Part shown: one piece after another, positions 63,220-64,000 of the stretch
Layout of the letters: every line of letters begins with the position of its first letter
Numbering within the stretch: the first letter of the stretch is position 1
DNA from: Candidatus Latescibacterota bacterium
Lineage (GTDB): Bacteria > Latescibacterota > UBA2968 > UBA8231
DNA: 64,000 bases
Direction: 5' to 3'
NCBI GenBank assembly: GCA_965221775.1
Contig: CBDCSU010000005.1
Coordinates: forward strand, 960,001 to 1,024,000
Translations under genes and position numbers: made by a program
Notes under the pieces: generated by a model
What the model was told of the DNA's origin: nothing
Databases searched by the model: none
What the model saw: only the letters and a program-made list of their open reading frames with translations

Positions 63220-64000
63220 GCCGTGCTGCAGGATGAGTTGGGCCGCGGCGCAGACGTCCCCGAACCCCGGATCGCTCCGGGCGGCTTCGCAGCCGGCACC
63301 GCCTTGCGCCGCGGAGATCAGCGCGCTGGCCAGGGCGGGCAGCGGCAGGGGCTCGAGCTCCATCCCCAGGCCGCGCAGGCCGTCCAGCACCTGCGCCGCG
63401 GGCAGGGGTTCCATGGCGAGGTGGCGCACCGGCCTCTCTTTGGGCGGTCCCTTCTGCAGTCCGGAGATCAGCTCCCGGCAGACGGCATCCACCGGGGCGA
63501 GCTGCCAGCTCCAGTCCCCCTCGGGGAACACCCCCGCGGCGGCGAAGGCCCGCACCGCCGCGGTCAGGCGGTCCCGTGAGCTGACGGTTGCCCCGCCGGA
63601 GTCAGCCAGCAGGTGCGGGACCCGCACCACCGACACCGGCAGCCCCCGCTCGAAGGCCGACCACAGGAGCAGCTCCGCGCCGAGCTTGGAGAGGGAGTAG
63701 CCGTCGGCGCCCGAGGCTTCGAGGTGCGCGCCCAGGGAGCGCATGGCCTGCAGGCCGAAGGTCTCCTCGGGCCACGAGGTCTCCAGGGGGAAGACGGCGC
63801 TCGACGAGACGTTGTGGACCGGCGCGCCCCGGCGGAAGGCGAGGCGCAGCACCTCCCGCGTGCCGCCCACGTTGGCGGGCGCGAGGTCGGCGTACGAGGC
63901 GAAGGCGTCGAGGTCGGCGGCCAGGTGGAAGACGGCGTCGACCCTGTCGGCCAGGGCGGCGAAGGCATGGGGGGCGAGCCCCATCAGAGGTTTGGAGAGG
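63085..64000 (-). CDS. Thioester reductase (NAD_binding_4/SDR) domain, C-terminal part of a larger protein; 5' end outside the window
   Basis: LSKPLMGL...VDAVFHLAA, Y.DLAPANVGGT, VSSSAV, YSLSK (YxxxK). Frame is open to the window edge. Confidence 0.85.
   Translation of the reverse strand, partial: LSKPLMGLAPHAFAALADRVDAVFHLAADLDAFASYADLAPANVGGTREVLRLAFRRGAPVHNVSSSAVFPLETSWPEETFGLQAMRSLGAHLEASGADGYSLSKLGAELLLWSAFERGLPVSVVRVPHLLADSGGATVSSRDRLTAAVRAFAAAGVFPEGDWSWQLAPVDAVCRELISGLQKGPPKERPVRHLAMEPLPAAQVLDGLRGLGMELEPLPLPALASALISAAQGGAGCEAARSDPGFGDVCAAAQLILQHGPRAALNLADARLLTERNLPGNPAALFLHSIGRHAELAPPDEPLT

Overview
A 64-kb window of very GC-rich, gene-dense bacterial DNA with about 56 real CDSs; most long ORFs in the supplied track are shadow ORFs. 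I saw no rRNA, tRNA, CRISPR array, transposase or integrase. The window opens with a selenium cluster: a selD missed by the ORF track because of an in-frame TGA (selenocysteine, followed by a SECIS-like hairpin), divergent from senA- and senB-like genes, i.e. a selenoneine-type pathway. Next come a coiled-coil/beta-CASP ribonuclease, many catabolic enzymes (four PhyH dioxygenases, amidohydrolases, aldolases, an enolase-superfamily enzyme, CBM9-like paralogs) and a 64-aa Fis-type HTH gene behind a consensus sigma54 promoter. A surface-glycan operon runs into two ~1310-aa secreted proteins with three YWTD beta-propellers each. The rest holds MltF, an ABC-ATPase/TOPRIM gene pair, a PhnZ-like HD oxygenase, an ABC exporter pair, two tandem GT-C glycosyltransferases (one frameshifted) interleaved with remnants of a K+ channel 5' end, an MNT-HEPN TA pair, a GH5 lipoprotein, a gdhA/Gfo/DegT operon whose oxidoreductase ends in a MazE-like antitoxin tail, a sulfatase relic, an ankyrin protein and a partial thioester-reductase domain. 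The gene content resembles sponge-associated or marine Latescibacterota/Gemmatimonadota-like bacteria (inference only). All family calls come from motif recognition by eye; no database searches were run.
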